Notes: generated from the sequence alone by a model not told the origin. DNA of 63,111 nucleotides, filler included, from Saprolegnia diclina VS20 (GCF_000281045.1; 12 parts of 2 records of this genome joined end to end with filler, not necessarily neighbours in it); one strand, 5' to 3'. Positions 33,915 to 46,559 are shown, counted from the first letter of the whole stretch. Numbers and translations are program-made.

Positions 33915-34814
33915 ATGATCTATAAACCCATGGGACTTTCGACGCCGCTAGATTACGTCCGACGGGCCGTCACATGGCTGCGTGCCCGTGCGCAGCAGAC
34001 GTCGGCGACACCACCGCTCGCGTCGCAATACAAACTTCTGGACGGGCCGGTACTTGGTGTAGGATTTGCTGGCACCGTCGTGCGCGCGAGAGACCTTGCA
34101 TCGGGCAAGGAGGTCGCGGTCAAGCGCCTTCGACCGCCGTTGCACGCCTCCTCGCACGCCGCCTTTCTCCGAGTGGCGCACAACGAAGTGGCTTGCTTGC
34201 AGTGCGTCGCTGGCCACAAGCACGTCGTCTTGCTTCTCGAGCGGTTTGAGACGTCCCACACCTTTGATATGGTGTTTCCGCTCGCGGCGCATGGCAACCT
34301 CGGACACTACCTTCGCGTTCACGGCGATATGCCCGAGATGGCCGCCAAGTCGGTCATCAAGCAAGTGCTCGCCGCGGTGGCCCACTGCCATGCTCAGCGC
34401 ATTGTGCATCGCGACATCAAGCTCGAAAACATCTTGATCACACAAACACAAGAGACGTGGCGGCTCACGGTGCAGCTGGGCGACTTTGGCTTTGCAGCGA
34501 TGCTCGACGAGTCATTAGTGCTGGAAGGGCTGTGCGGCACGCCCTTGTACGTAGCCCCCGAGATCCTATCTGGCGACGTGTACTCGATGGCCGTGGACCT
34601 CTGGAGCGTCGGGGTCGTGGCATACATTCTTCTGGCGCATGTGATGCCGACAAGTCCCCGAGGGTCCCAGTGCCAGCGCCTGCCGTCGATCGCAGCTCAA
34701 GCGTTCGTGCAGGCGCTACTGCAGGTGGACCCGTCGAAACGGAGCTCGGCCACAAGATTGCTATCCCACGACTACTTGACGGATTCTTTTGCAAGCCAAG
34801 TCTGGCGCGTCTGA
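33915..34814 (+). CDS. Ser/Thr protein kinase, CAMK-like, paralog of 30884-32053
   Basis: LGVGFAGTV, VAVK, HRDIKLENIL, DFG, CGTPLYVAPE, DLWSVG. Shares LAAHG and W(K/R)LTVQ with the neighbouring kinase. Confidence 0.9.
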   Translation: MIYKPMGLSTPLDYVRRAVTWLRARAQQTSATPPLASQYKLLDGPVLGVGFAGTVVRARDLASGKEVAVKRLRPPLHASSHAAFLRVAHNEVACLQCVAGHKHVVLLLERFETSHTFDMVFPLAAHGNLGHYLRVHGDMPEMAAKSVIKQVLAAVAHCHAQRIVHRDIKLENILITQTQETWRLTVQLGDFGFAAMLDESLVLEGLCGTPLYVAPEILSGDVYSMAVDLWSVGVVAYILLAHVMPTSPRGSQCQRLPSIAAQAFVQALLQVDPSKRSSATRLLSHDYLTDSFASQVWRV

Positions 34815-36223
34815 TGGGAGAAGAATGAAGAGCCACCGGTCTCCAGAACAGATGTATGTGGGAGTCGCAATGTGAACGAGTGTGTATGTCTAATCCCCGC
34901 GATGCGTACAGTACGAGTAGCACCCCACCCGAATGTGCACGGTAGCTACCTTTCGCGACCAGATCCATGGCCGTGCACATGTGGTTGAATGAGAATCTCG
35001 TTTTAGCTGAAAACGTGTTTCGAACCAGAGTCGTGTGGCCACAGGAATCTTATTTGAGAACGAAGAAGGCATTCCCCTTTCTCCCACTTCTCGGACAAGC
35101 GTCATGCAACCGCGTACATCGTACGTCCTACCAAGTGCCAAAGTCCTTCTCCGCCTTCTTTGACGACTTCTTCAGGATCAAAGATACTTCTGGACATGTG
35201 CTTGGCGTTGAGGTGGCAACGAAGCGAGACGAAGGAGCGTGTGTACCCAGCATCTTTTGTACGAGCATGATAAGGAGTACTATGGTCCATCTGGCTCACC
35301 AGACCAACCATGCACGCGTCTGATACCTTTATTTTTCTTCCTAAAGAGACGATAATCGTAGTGTACTCGCCAGAGAACCTGGCGAACATTCTGCGATACT
35401 CACAGATCCCTCGCTACGAGGTGGAAAAGACCGTCTTCGAGATCGATCAATGCTGTGACCGTTGCAGACCAAGCAAGCCTCGAAGAAATTTTCGTTGACG
35501 AGCGAAAGGGACGACCCCTACCCCGCCTCGCAGAGAAACAACCAGCCAATCACGTGGGACCAAACGATTTGTCGACGGATCACGGCGCCGCAAGCGGGTG
35601 TCCCAGCATGTTCCCATGTTCCGACCTTTGATGGTCGGTCGATTCTACTGGTACCAATACGGGGCCAAGCAAAACTGAGAGCTCGGGCCACACAGCTAAT
35701 GAGCGAATATGCTCAATACCAGTTGCTTCACTATGGTTCAAATGCTACGTTTCGAAGGACTCGCATCGTACGAGTGCGCGACAGACAAAAGATACCTGTG
35801 TCGTGTGAGTTGGATGTATAACAATGCTCTTTGGCCCACAACGCGGCTGCGTTGCCGTGCGGCAAGCCATGTCGCAAGCGCAATTTCGAATCTCCAGCTC
35901 GCGCACCTTCAGTCCTCACACCCGGCTCTCTTGCTCCTTGTTTCTTGCGAGTACCCACCCCGCGATAGGTTGGGACCGTACGTTAGGTGCGCGGCGTTTG
36001 ACCTTGTATCCCATGTCACCTTGAAGATCGCACTGCAGTGGCCAATCAAACGCGCGTATCTTCGTGGCAGCCAATCATTTACGCGTGGCTTTATCGGTCC
36101 ACCCAATCAGGAGTCGACCTTTGTTCTAGAACATCTTGCCGAACATCCGCGTGTCGCATATGCGTATCGCAGAAACAATCTAATCCGAGTTTGGTCCCGC
36201 GATCAAAGACTTGTAAGTCCATA

Positions 36224-36239
36224 GCTCATTTTCCAATTT
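36224..36239 (+). promoter_or_regulatory. Oomycete Inr/FPR core promoter of the Ca2+-ATPase
   Basis: GCTCATTTTCCAATTT is an exact fit to GCTCATTYBNNNWTTY, 20 nt before the ATG. CCAATC boxes at ~36042, ~36071 and ~36104. Confidence 0.8.
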
Positions 36240-36258
36240 CCCTTCATCGATTCACACG

Positions 36259-39200
36259 ATGACCCACTTGCTACCGGGCGACTTGATCCGGCTCATCGAA
36301 ACGCCCAAGGAGAAAGTCCAGTCGACACTCTTGCACGTCGGGGGCCTTGCCGGCCTCGCCAAAGCCCTCGACTCGTCGCTCGAGTGTGGCCTCGACGGTG
36401 CCAACGACAAGGACCTTGCGCTGCGCCGTGATACGTTTGGCTCCAACTTTGTGCCACCGCCGCCGCCCACGACCTTTCTGCAGCTCGTGTGGGCTGCCTA
36501 CAAGAACTTGACGCTGCTTGTGCTCACGGGCGCCGGTATCCTCTCGCTTGTCCTTGGCTTTACGGTCGGTGGGCAAGAGCCAACGCCGCGCCGCCTCAGC
36601 GACGGCGACCCCGCGACCACGTGGATCGAAGGGTTTGCGATTCTGCTTGCGGTGACCATCGTCACGATGGTGACGGCAGTCAACAACTATCAAAAGGAGC
36701 AGCAGTTCCGTGCGCTCTCGGCCATCAAGGACGACGAGATGATCAAGGCCATCCGCAACGGGGTACCGTGCGAGGTCGGGAAGCACGACTTGCTCGTCGG
36801 CGACGTGGTCCGCATCGACGTTGGCGACATCTTGTCGGCCGACGGCATCGTGTTTGAAGCGTCCGAGCTCAAGGTCGACGAAAGTGCGATGACGGGCGAG
36901 TCGGTTCTCATTGACAAGCACCCGATGGGCTTGACCCCATTCGTGCTCTCGGGCACCAAAGTCATGCAAGGCATGGGCAAAATGCTGGTGCTCGCGGTCG
37001 GTGTCTCGAGCCAGGCCGGCATGATCTCGGCGCTTCTTGTTGGCGGCGCGACGTCGACGCCGTCGAGTCGCACCATGACGCAGATCAGTGACGACGACGC
37101 CTACGTGGCCATTGCAACGCCGCGGGACGACGATGCGAGTGGCAATTCGGACAAGATGCTGCATGTGGCACCGACGCTGGACGAGCCGGAAGAGTCGCCG
37201 ATGCAAGGCAAACTCGACGCACTCACCATCTTGCTCGGCAAGTTTGGCATCACGATGGCGCTGCTGGTGTTTCTCGTGCTCGTTGCGCGCTTCTCGATCG
37301 ACCAATATGCTGTGCAAGGCCGGTCGTGGGCCGGCACGGCCGATGTCAAGGAGTATCTGCACTTCTTTATTGTCGGCGTCACGGTCCTCGTTGTGGCCAT
37401 TCCCGAAGGCCTTCCGCTCGCTGTGACGATCTCGCTCTCGTTTTCAGTCAAAAAAATGCTGCTGGACAACAACCTCGTGCGCCACTTGAGTGCGTGTGAG
37501 ACAATGGGGTCAGCGACCACGATCTGCTCGGACAAGACGGGCACGCTTACGACCAACCAGATGACGGTCATGCAGTGCTGCATCGGCGACACCGTCTTTG
37601 ATTCACCGGTGGCATTGGGCGAGTCAGCAACCAACGAAATGGTTGAGCTGCTCGTGCGCAGCGTCGCTATCAACTCGACGGCCGAGCGCGTTGACGGCGT
37701 CTTTACCGGCAACAAGACCGAGTGTGCGCTCTTGGACTTTACAGCAGCGCTGTCGCCGACGACCGCATACGACGCCGTTCGCCGGGCGCATGCCAACATG
37801 CACATTCTCCCATTCTCGTCGGCCAAGAAGCGCATGTCGGTGGTCGTGCCGCTCACGGCGACGTCGTGCCGTGTCTACACCAAGGGTGCGAGCGAGATTG
37901 TCTTTGGTCTCTGCAGCCACATGGCGTTTCCCGATGGTCAGGCTCAAGAAGTACCCCATGACGTTTCGTTTTGGCGCGAAAATATCATCCAGCGTTTTGC
38001 CAACGACGGGCTCCGGACGCTCTGCCTCGGCTACAAGGACATTGCTGCACCGTGGGAGCATGTGATTGCGCACTACTCTGAGGACGATCTTGAATGCGAC
38101 CTCACGTGCGTCGCGATCGTCGGCATCGAAGACCCCGTGCGCCCGGACGTCCCCGAAGCCATTCGCCAGTGCCAGCATGCCGGCATCATCGTGCGCATGG
38201 TCACTGGCGACAACCTGGCGACGGCCACGTCGATCTCGAAAAAGTGCGGCATCCTCCAGGACGACGCCGACGCGCTCGTCATGGAAGGCGCCGAGTTTCG
38301 CCGCATCGTGCTCGATGGCAACGGCCAGCTCAAGCAAGACGTCTTTGACACGATCTGGCCGCGGCTCCGTGTCCTCGCGCGCTCGAGTCCGCAGGACAAG
38401 TACACGTTGGTCTCGGGCATCATGGCGTCGACGGTCCACGGTCCGCAGGTCGTGGCAGTCACGGGCGATGGCACCAACGACGCGCCGGCGCTCAAGAAGG
38501 CGCATGTCGGCTTTGCGATGGGCATTTGCGGCACGGCCGTCTCGAAGGACGCGTCCGACATCATCTTGATGGACGACAACTTCAAGTCGATTGTGAACGC
38601 AGTCAAGTGGGGCCGCAACGTCTACGACTCGGTCTCCAAGTTTCTCCAGTTCCAGCTCACGGTGACGTTTACTGCGATTACGCTCTGCGTGCTCGGGGCC
38701 ATTTTTCTTGAAGAGACGCCGCTGAGCGCCGTCCAGCTGCTCTGGGTCAACCTCATCATGAACACGTTTGCGTCGCTTGCGCTCGCGACCGACACGCCGT
38801 CGAACGCCGTCCTCGACCGCAAGCCGTACCCGCGCACCAAGCCGCTCATCTCCAAGAAGATGACCAAGCACATCCTCGGGCACCTCGTCGTGCAGCTCGC
38901 AATCTTGCTGACGTTGACCCTCGCGGGTGAAAAGCTACTGCAGATTCCGTCCGGTCGCAAGTATGAGACCGAGGACCCGAGCCAGCCCTCAGTGCACTAC
39001 ACGGTCGTCTTCAACACGTTTGTGTTCCTCCAGCTCTTCAACGAAATCAACGCGCGCGTCATCCATGACGAGAAGCGGGTCGTGCTCCGCGGCCTCTTGA
39101 CCAACCGCCTGTATGCGTCCATCTCGGTCCTTCAAGTCGTGCTCCAAGTCATTTTTGTTCAGTTTGGCGGCAACGCGTTCGACTGCGCGCCGCTGAACGG

Positions 39201-39290
39201 GACGCAGTGGGCCGTTTGCATTGGCCTTGGCGCGCTGAGCTTGCCCGTTGGCTGGAGCTTGCGCCGGATCCACTCGCACCATTTGCCCAC
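36259..39290 (+). CDS. PMCA-type (P2B) Ca2+-transporting ATPase; 3' end runs into an N gap
   Basis: WIEGFAIL, DESAMTGES, VVAIPEGLPLAVT, CETMGSATTICSDKTGTLT, TKGASE, ARSSPQDK, VTGDGTNDAPAL, QLLWVNLIMNTFASLALAT. Confidence 0.96.
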
Positions 39291-39881
39291 NNNNNNNNNN
39301 NNNNNNNNNNNNNNNNNNNNNNNNNNNNNNNNNNNNNNNNNNNNNNNNNNNNNNNNNNNNNNNNNNNNNNNNNNNNNNNNNNNNNNNNNNNNNNNNNNNN
39401 NNNNNNNNNNNNNNNNNNNNNNNNNNNNNNNNNNNNNTTTTTGGCGTTTTTGCTATTGGTCGTATGTGGTCTTGGGGTGGCGTCAACTAGTCGACGAGAT
39501 TGGTCATTGTTTTCGTACAAGATATACGAGGTGCGTTCTGATTGGCTCTTGAAACTGAAACCGTCGGTCCACCAAAACAGATGGTTGAACTTTCGCGCAA
39601 AATAGTCATTGTGTACAAACAGAGGCGTGATTCGAACGTGACATGTCAGTCATCCCACGTCAGATACACAGTGTATCTTCCGGACGAACTGCATAGTTGG
39701 CGACATGACAGTCGATGATCACAAGCAAGCACCAGTGTAAATTGAACAAGATTTGTGGATTCTACAAAATAGCACTGGTATNNNNNNNNNNNNNNNNNNN
39801 NNNNNNNNNNNNNNNNNNNNNNNNNTTAATTAATTAANNNNNNNNNNNNNNNNNNNNNNNNNNNNNNNNNNNNNNNNNNNN

Positions 39882-41764
39882 GCAACACGGCACTGCACCT
39901 GGCCAGTCAGCGCGGCTGGACGTCGCTGGTCGAGGCACTTCTCGATGACAATGTCAACGTGCCCAACACGGTAGACATTATTGTCTGCACCGAGCAGAGA
40001 CAAGCATATGAGTAGGCTGGCGACACGCCAGCGAGCGTCGCGCTATTAGCCAACGAGTACGACCTCGCACTGCGCTTCTTTTGCGACTTTGGCGCCGACA
40101 TCAATACCGTCATGGTATTCTTTCCAGGTCAAAGGCTATGAGATACAATAATTGTTGCTAGAGCAATGGACTGACACCGCTGCTCTTTGCGTGTAAGCAC
40201 GGCCAAATGGCGTTGGTGCAAGCGCTGCTGGCGTCGCCCTCACGCCAGCGGGACGTCAAAGACCCGGTACGAGACTCGGCTCGACCGCTCTATAACTCGA
40301 TGTGGACGCGGTAGCGTGGCAACTCGGCCCACATGCTTACTTGCTACAGTGACCCGCGCGTGTTCTTCGCGTTGCAGGAGATGAACGACGATGAGATCTT
40401 GTCGAGAAACAAGGTACTACGTCGGTACACGGTCATCCTGCGTACGACGCACGGCCTAGGTCGGTCGCACGATCTTTCACGTGGCCTGTGAATATGGCCG
40501 CGAGACGGTGGTCGCTGCGCTTGTACGTCGCTCCCTCCTTGACGTCAATGCGCCCGATACGGTAGAAGGAAGCACTTGGCAAGGTGCTGGGTTGGCGACA
40601 GAATGGTAGGACGGCAACACGCCGCTGATGCTCGCCTGCAAGCGCAACCACGGAGCTGTCGTGACGCAGCTTTTGGCACATCCACGTCTAGCTATCGATG
40701 CCACCAACAAGGTACAATATTGTACGATACTAGAATCATGTGGTTCACAAATATATGTGGCTAGGATGGTCTAACAGCGCTGCATGAGACCGCCCGCGCA
40801 GGTCATGTACGTCTTCTTCGGTTGCTTCTTGAGTCTACGACGACGACCGTGGAAGCCCGCAGTGCGGTACGTCGAATCATGGGATTCAGCAGTAGCAATC
40901 CAGAGTAGGCTGGCACCACCCCACTCATGGAGGCTGTCGACCAGCGCAAGCCTGGCGTCGTGACGTTTCTCTTGCGCCAGCCGACTATCGACGCCAATGC
41001 CGTCGACAACGTCTGTCGCTCCTCGCTGCCACAAGGAGACTGACACTTCTCATGTTAGGACGGCAACACGGCGTTCATGCGGCACTGCATGCACAGTGAC
41101 TACAACGTACTCGAAGCGCTCCTCAGCAGTCCCGAGGTTGACATCAACCGGCGGAATCATGTTCGACCATCTTGACTAACAACGAAGGACACCGTCTCAT
41201 GTCTCTGGTTAGGCGGGTATGACGGCACTGGCGCTGGCGTGCCATGCGAACGACCCGATGCTGGCGGCGCAGCTCATGCAGCTGCCCCAACTGGACGTTG
41301 CGACCATCGACGCATCGGTACGTTGGATAGCCTCGTTGCGATACTGGATACTTGGATAGTGTGGCCATATCGCACTGGCGGTGGCGTGTGCGCTGCAGTA
41401 CGATCATGTTGTGCGAAAGCTGCTGTCGTCGCCCGAGATCGACGTCAACTACCGGGATGCGGTAGGAAACCTAACCCTACGATGGAACCCTAATCCCCGC
41501 GACTCGACCAGAGCGGGCTCACGGCGCTATTGCAAGTGTGCCTCAACCAAGGCAACGTCAAGATAGTCCAGCTCCTCTTGGAGAAGCCAGAGATCGACAC
41601 GAGTGTCCGGGACAAGGTAGTATCTCGTTCAATGTTCCCACGTGACGCGTCATCGTGGGTAGCACGGCAACTCGGCGTTGATTCTGGCAACTCGCCAAGG
41701 CAATACTGGCATCGTGCAAGCGCTGCTAGCACACGGTGGCTGCGACGTCAACGCTGCCAACGAC
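39882..41764 (+). CDS. Ankyrin-repeat protein, partial; ~13 exons each encoding one repeat
   Basis: Successive exons (G)NTALHLA, GDTPASVA, GLTPLLFA, GRTIFHVA, GNTPLMLA, GLTALHET, GTTPLMEA, GMTALALA, GLTALLQV, GNSALILA, separated by ~45-55 nt GT-AG introns. Confidence 0.9.
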
Positions 41765-41944
41765 GTACATTATCTCCTCAAGTTNNNNNNNNNNNNNNNN
41801 NNNNNNNNNNNNNNNNNNNNNNNNNNNNTTAATTAATTAANNNNNNNNNNNNNNNNNNNNNNNNNNNNNNNNNNNNNNNNNNNNGATAGATAGATAGATA
41901 ACACGTATATGCGTCACATTTAAACAGTAGGCAGGCACGCTCTA

Positions 41945-44937
41945 TCATGGCGCCGGCGTTCTGTGAGCCGATGGCAGGACAAGCGATGTCTTTGTCTGCT
42001 GACTCTCATGGCGCGCGTCGAGCGACGCCATCTCGACGGTGGTGGTCGACCAGCTGGCGTTGACCAAGCAGGTGTTGTCGGTGTCGAGCTCAAGGTCAAT
42101 GCGTGGTTGGAGATCGAGCAGCTCGTTTCTTGAGAGCACTTTGCTTGGCACACAGGCATCCGCGATGACGAGTCGATCGCCACTCGCCGCCAGCGACGAG
42201 ATACGGCCGATGCGACGACCGTGGTCGCGGTCGATCCACGAAAGCTGCGCCATCTCGGTCACATCGACGTCCAACGTCTGCGGCAGCTTGGCGAGAAGCA
42301 CTGCGTATGGTGGGATCCCAAAGACACTTTGTATCTCGAGCAAAAGCAGGTCCATCCAGTGCGAGCCAGGCGACAGCGTCGGAAACACTAGCTCCATCTC
42401 GCGGCCAAATGTAAGATGCGCTCGGTCAAAGAGCACGGCCGAGAAAGCGTGTGGGTGGCGCCAAGCGTCTTGGGCGACGCTAGCATCTGGACGGCAAGCG
42501 ACCGGTTCTCGTACAGTGATATCGGTGAAGTCTTGCCGAGCGTGCTGCGATCGGAGAGGACCCGCTGGAGGCGGCGGTCGGGGCAAAGGTCCCAGATTCG
42601 GAGGTGCTTGGCGCTAGGGTGCGTGCGCTGAAGGTCGGAGAGGATGGTGGCCTTCATCTCGCAGACAGTTATGTGTTCCGAGACGAAGCGGTGTGCACGA
42701 CACGAGGTCGTGCGGGCATCGACGCGGTGGTAGCACGACCCTCGCCACGTCCGTGCCACTGGTGCTCCTGGGCACAGCGAGGACGATTTGAACTTGATAC
42801 TCGCCGGCACGCAGCGGCGTCCCAAGCTCGACCCACAATACGCAGTTGTCCGGGAAGCCCAGGCTCTCAACCGACATGTCCAAGTCCTTGCACTCGGTGC
42901 CAATCTCCTTTGCGCGACGCAGCTTGAAGGTCTCGGGTCGCAGCTCGAAAAACGTTCAGAGTTGATCCTTGAGCATCGACGGTGAACGACCAGCTTCATC
43001 GCGTCACCTTCGACGTTCTTGGCGCGCAGGAGCGTTGGCTCCGTCGTCTTGACTTGAAGGGTGATTATATGGGCGAGGGCTACAAAGAGCTCCTTGGCAA
43101 GCGACGGCGATGACGCCAGATCGTCGATGGCTTCGACGTAGATGCTGGAGCGATTCCACAGTAAAAATAAGATGCGGTCCAGTGGCGTCTGCAGCGTCGT
43201 CACGTCATTCGTCGCGTTGAGAACCGTTGTCGTGATCGACCAAGAGCCCACATTGCGCATCGCCAGCAGTCGCATTCGGTTGCGGTTCATTGTGAGCTTG
43301 GCGCTGAGCAGCGAGAGCAAGTCGACGAGTCGCGCGTCACCGGGCAGCTGCACCAGCTCGGGCGGCTCTGTAAAGGCCTCTGGTGTCATCGCCGTTGATG
43401 AAACGTAGCGGCGAATGCGCAGTGACAGCTCGGTGGGGTCGTACACTGCCCACGCGATGTCGGCACTCGCTCGAGTCTCAAGGTAGATGCACGAAGATGA
43501 GGTGATCGACAGCTCGACCAGCGAGCAGTGTTCGCGTCCGTCGTACGTCTCCCGCGGCAACGCCATGGACTCGGAGTAGGCCCGTAGTCGGGCACAGTCC
43601 ATCGCGATACGCAGCTCAAAACGCGCGACGGCCTCAACCGTCACGTCGGCGAGCGTAGCGTGCTTCGAGACACGCAGTAGCTTTCTGTGGCCGGTGTCGT
43701 AGAAGATTTTGAGCTGGATCGTGTTTGCGAGGTCCATCTTTCGCTTCGCATCTACGATGCGGCGAGCGTCCTGCGCCATCTCTTCGCGTTGCATCTCGGC
43801 GTGCACAAGGTCGACGAGCCAAGAGGGGTCCTCGGAAGGACACTGGATCTTGCGAGAGGCGTCGACCTGGCGGTACTGCAGCAGGTAGGCACACGGTGNN
43901 NNNNNNNNNNNNNNNNNNNNNNNNNNNNNNNNNNNNNNNNNNNNNNNNNNNNNNNNNNNNNNNNNNNNNNNNNNNNNNNNNNNNNNNNNNNNNNNNNNNN
44001 NNNNNNNNNNNNNNNNNNNNNNNNNNNNNNNNNNNNNNNNNNNNNNNNNNNNNNNNNNNNNNNNNNNNNNNNNNNNNNNNNNNNNNNNNNNNNNNNNNNN
44101 NNNNNNNNNNNNNNNNNNNNNNNNNNNNNNNNNNNNNNNNNNNNNNNNNNNNNNNNNNNNNNNNNNNNNNNNNNNNNNNNNNNNNNNNNNNNNNNNNNNN
44201 NNNNNNNNNNNNNNNNNNNNNNNNNNNNNNNNNNNNNNNNNNNNNNNNNNNNNNNNNNNNNNNNNNNNNNNNNNNNNNNNNNNNNNNNNNNNNNNNNNNN
44301 NNNNNNNNNNNNNNNNNNNNNNNNNNNNNNNNNNNNNNNNNNNNNNNNNNNNNNNNNNNNNNNNNNNNNNNNNNNNNNNNNNNNNNNNNNNNNNNNNNNN
44401 NNNNNNNNNNNNNNNNNNNNNNNNNNNNNNNNNNNNNNNNNNNNNNNNNNNNNNNNNNNNNNNNNNNNNNNNNNNNNNNNNNNNNNNNNNNNNNNNNNNN
44501 NNNNNNNNNNNNNNNNNNNNNNNNNNNNNNNNNNNNNNNNNNNNNNNNNNNNNNNNNNNNNNNNNNNNNNNNNNNNNNNNNNNNNNNNNNNNNNNNNNNN
44601 NNNNNNNNNNNNNNNNNNNNNNNNNNNNNNNNNNNNNNNNNNNNNNNNNNNNNNNNNNNNNNNNNNNNNNNNNNNNNNNNNNNNNNNNNNNNNNNNNNNN
44701 NNNNNNNNNNNNNNNNNNNNNNNNNNNNNNNNNCAGGAAGAGCGTTTGGAGCAGGCTGTTGAGGTAGCAGGTCGCGCCGGTGCTGCGCAGGCCGCGGTAC
44801 CTCGGAGCTGGCGTCATGGTCGGCGCTGGCTGCAATGCGCTCATGCCGGCGTCGTCTTGCGACTTTGTCATGACGTGACAAGTGTCGGTGGTCCTGGGTT
44901 CGGACTTGGTGACTGCGCTGGTTGTTGGCGCGACCAC
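41945..44937 (-). CDS. Ubiquitin-specific protease (USP47/USP40-like), gapped; C-terminal half disrupted, possibly a pseudogene
   Basis: Cys box GLRSTGATCYLNSLLQTLF. End-of-domain AYLLQYRQ. RLRAY/YLETR UBL-like tail. Frame changes and a TGA near 42955-42980. Confidence 0.75.
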
Positions 44938-45046
44938 CTGGCAGAACGTGAATGATGGTCGGAGTCAATTGCATTCTATTTTTGTGTTAAGCATACAAAT
45001 GTTAAGAGGTTATTTACGGCCAGGAGATTGGCAAGAGTGTTGCTCT

Positions 45047-45258
45047 TTTGTCCGGATAACGTTTGACCACCGTTGCTTGCGAGCTGCGGCTAGGAGTGGT
45101 TCTTGGATAGCACTACTGCAAGAACAATATTGACAGTGTTGCCACTGTATATATACACTGCACAACAGACTTTGACCAAAGAAGCCTCCAACCAGGTCGA
45201 GACGAGGGGCGCCGATGGATCGTTTGTCCGGATAACGTTTGACCACCGTTGCTTGCGA
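45047..45258. repeat. 36-bp exact direct repeat x2 (TTTGTCCGGATAACGTTTGACCACCGTTGCTTGCGA)
   Basis: Copies at 45047-45082 and 45223-45258. Confidence 0.9.
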
Positions 45259-45377
45259 ACATGTTGCGAGCTTGGGCGAGGCGCGGTTGCTGGATAGGAC
45301 AGCACACAAAGTTCAACGACTTTTCTAGTTAGCAACACGGGATCAAAAGCATCGCCGTGTCTGTCTACTAGTCGACT

Positions 45378-46559
45378 TCAAATTTTTTTCCGCTGGGATA
45401 AATCCACTCGAAATACTTGGGGCGTGAGCGCCATGGCCCAGCCCAGCTGCGGGACGATCGTGTTGTTGTCTTGGATCGCATACGCCATGTGGCCCGCCAG
45501 CATGATCGCGTTTGTCTTGACGCCGATTTCATCAATCTCGACGTCGACCGTGCCGTAACCCGGTGGCAGGGCGTCCGCCGCAATGATCGGGTACAGCGAC
45601 GTCTTGCCGGAACTGGTCGTACGCTCATCGCCCTGCCATCGACCTTGTTTGTTAAAGACGGCAAAGACGCTCATCCAGCCACTCACATAGCGTTGACCGC
45701 AGCCTTGGTACGTGCTGTGGTAGATGGTTTGCCAAAACGCAGTGTCGGGCTCGCCACGGGCCGCCGCCACAAACTGATCGAGGACGCCGCTGAGAAGGTT
45801 GACCCACGTCTGCATACGGTCGCCATACGCCCGAAAGTGCTCGATGCGCGACCGAATTTGCTGCCAGTCGTCCACCGAGCCACGGAGCGTCACCGTTGGA
45901 ATCCCACAAGAGATGAGAATCTTGTAGTCGAAGAACTTTTTCATCGTGGCCATGGTCAGAATGCTCGCCGTGATGCGATCGTGGAGCGTGGTCGTCGTAA
46001 AGTTGGGCAGCAAGACGTCGGCGAGCGTCGGGTCCACCAAGTGCGCGCGCATCTCGTCGATCATCATATTCGCACACAAGCCAAAGTCGATCGTGTCGAC
46101 CCTGCCGCCATCCAATAAAACCTGGAGCTCGATCTTGCCTTTGCGGTGCTTGACGAGCTGCGACCGAAGCTCTTCGCTGCTACCGTCGACGTACAGAGCA
46201 AACTGGCTCATGAGCGCCAGCCAAATGTCGTCGGGCCGCAGCACCAAGTGGAGGTGCTGGGCGTACGCCATGCCGACGCCATCGAGAAAGCCCGCCGTCG
46301 ACGGAACGAATGGCATCGTGAGCGGCGATTGCTGGTGCACGCGGCGACAGCCAGCATTGACGTACTCGGGCAGTTGGTCGATCGCGTTCGCGCTGTCGTG
46401 GAGCACAGCGCCGGAGAAGTTGGCCGGCGTCACAGACGAGACGGCAAAGGTAATGCTGCTTGACGCTGGCAGAGGCGCCGTTGGCTGCCACAGAAGCACA
46501 TAGGCAACGACAAGTACGGCGACCGCAACGTGGTGCGTCGGACGGTCTACGGCTCCCAT
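45378..46559 (-). CDS. DUF4419-domain protein with N-terminal hydrophobic helix
   Basis: AYAQHLHLVLRPDDIWLALMSQF, PNFTTTT, CGIPTVTLRGSVDDW, FWQTI, VSGW motifs characteristic of DUF4419. Confidence 0.85.
   Translation of the reverse strand: MGAVDRPTHHVAVAVLVVAYVLLWQPTAPLPASSSITFAVSSVTPANFSGAVLHDSANAIDQLPEYVNAGCRRVHQQSPLTMPFVPSTAGFLDGVGMAYAQHLHLVLRPDDIWLALMSQFALYVDGSSEELRSQLVKHRKGKIELQVLLDGGRVDTIDFGLCANMMIDEMRAHLVDPTLADVLLPNFTTTTLHDRITASILTMATMKKFFDYKILISCGIPTVTLRGSVDDWQQIRSRIEHFRAYGDRMQTWVNLLSGVLDQFVAAARGEPDTAFWQTIYHSTYQGCGQRYVSGWMSVFAVFNKQGRWQGDERTTSSGKTSLYPIIAADALPPGYGTVDVEIDEIGVKTNAIMLAGHMAYAIQDNNTIVPQLGWAMALTPQVFRVDLSQRKKI

Noticed and set aside
34960..35500. Possible degenerate coding or transposase remnant
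   Set aside because: No motif I can assign.
41885..41901. (GATA)n microsatellite at contig start
   Set aside because: Ordinary simple repeat that likely explains the contig break.
45047..45258. CRISPR-like 36-bp repeats
   Set aside because: Two copies only, with a 140-bp interval.
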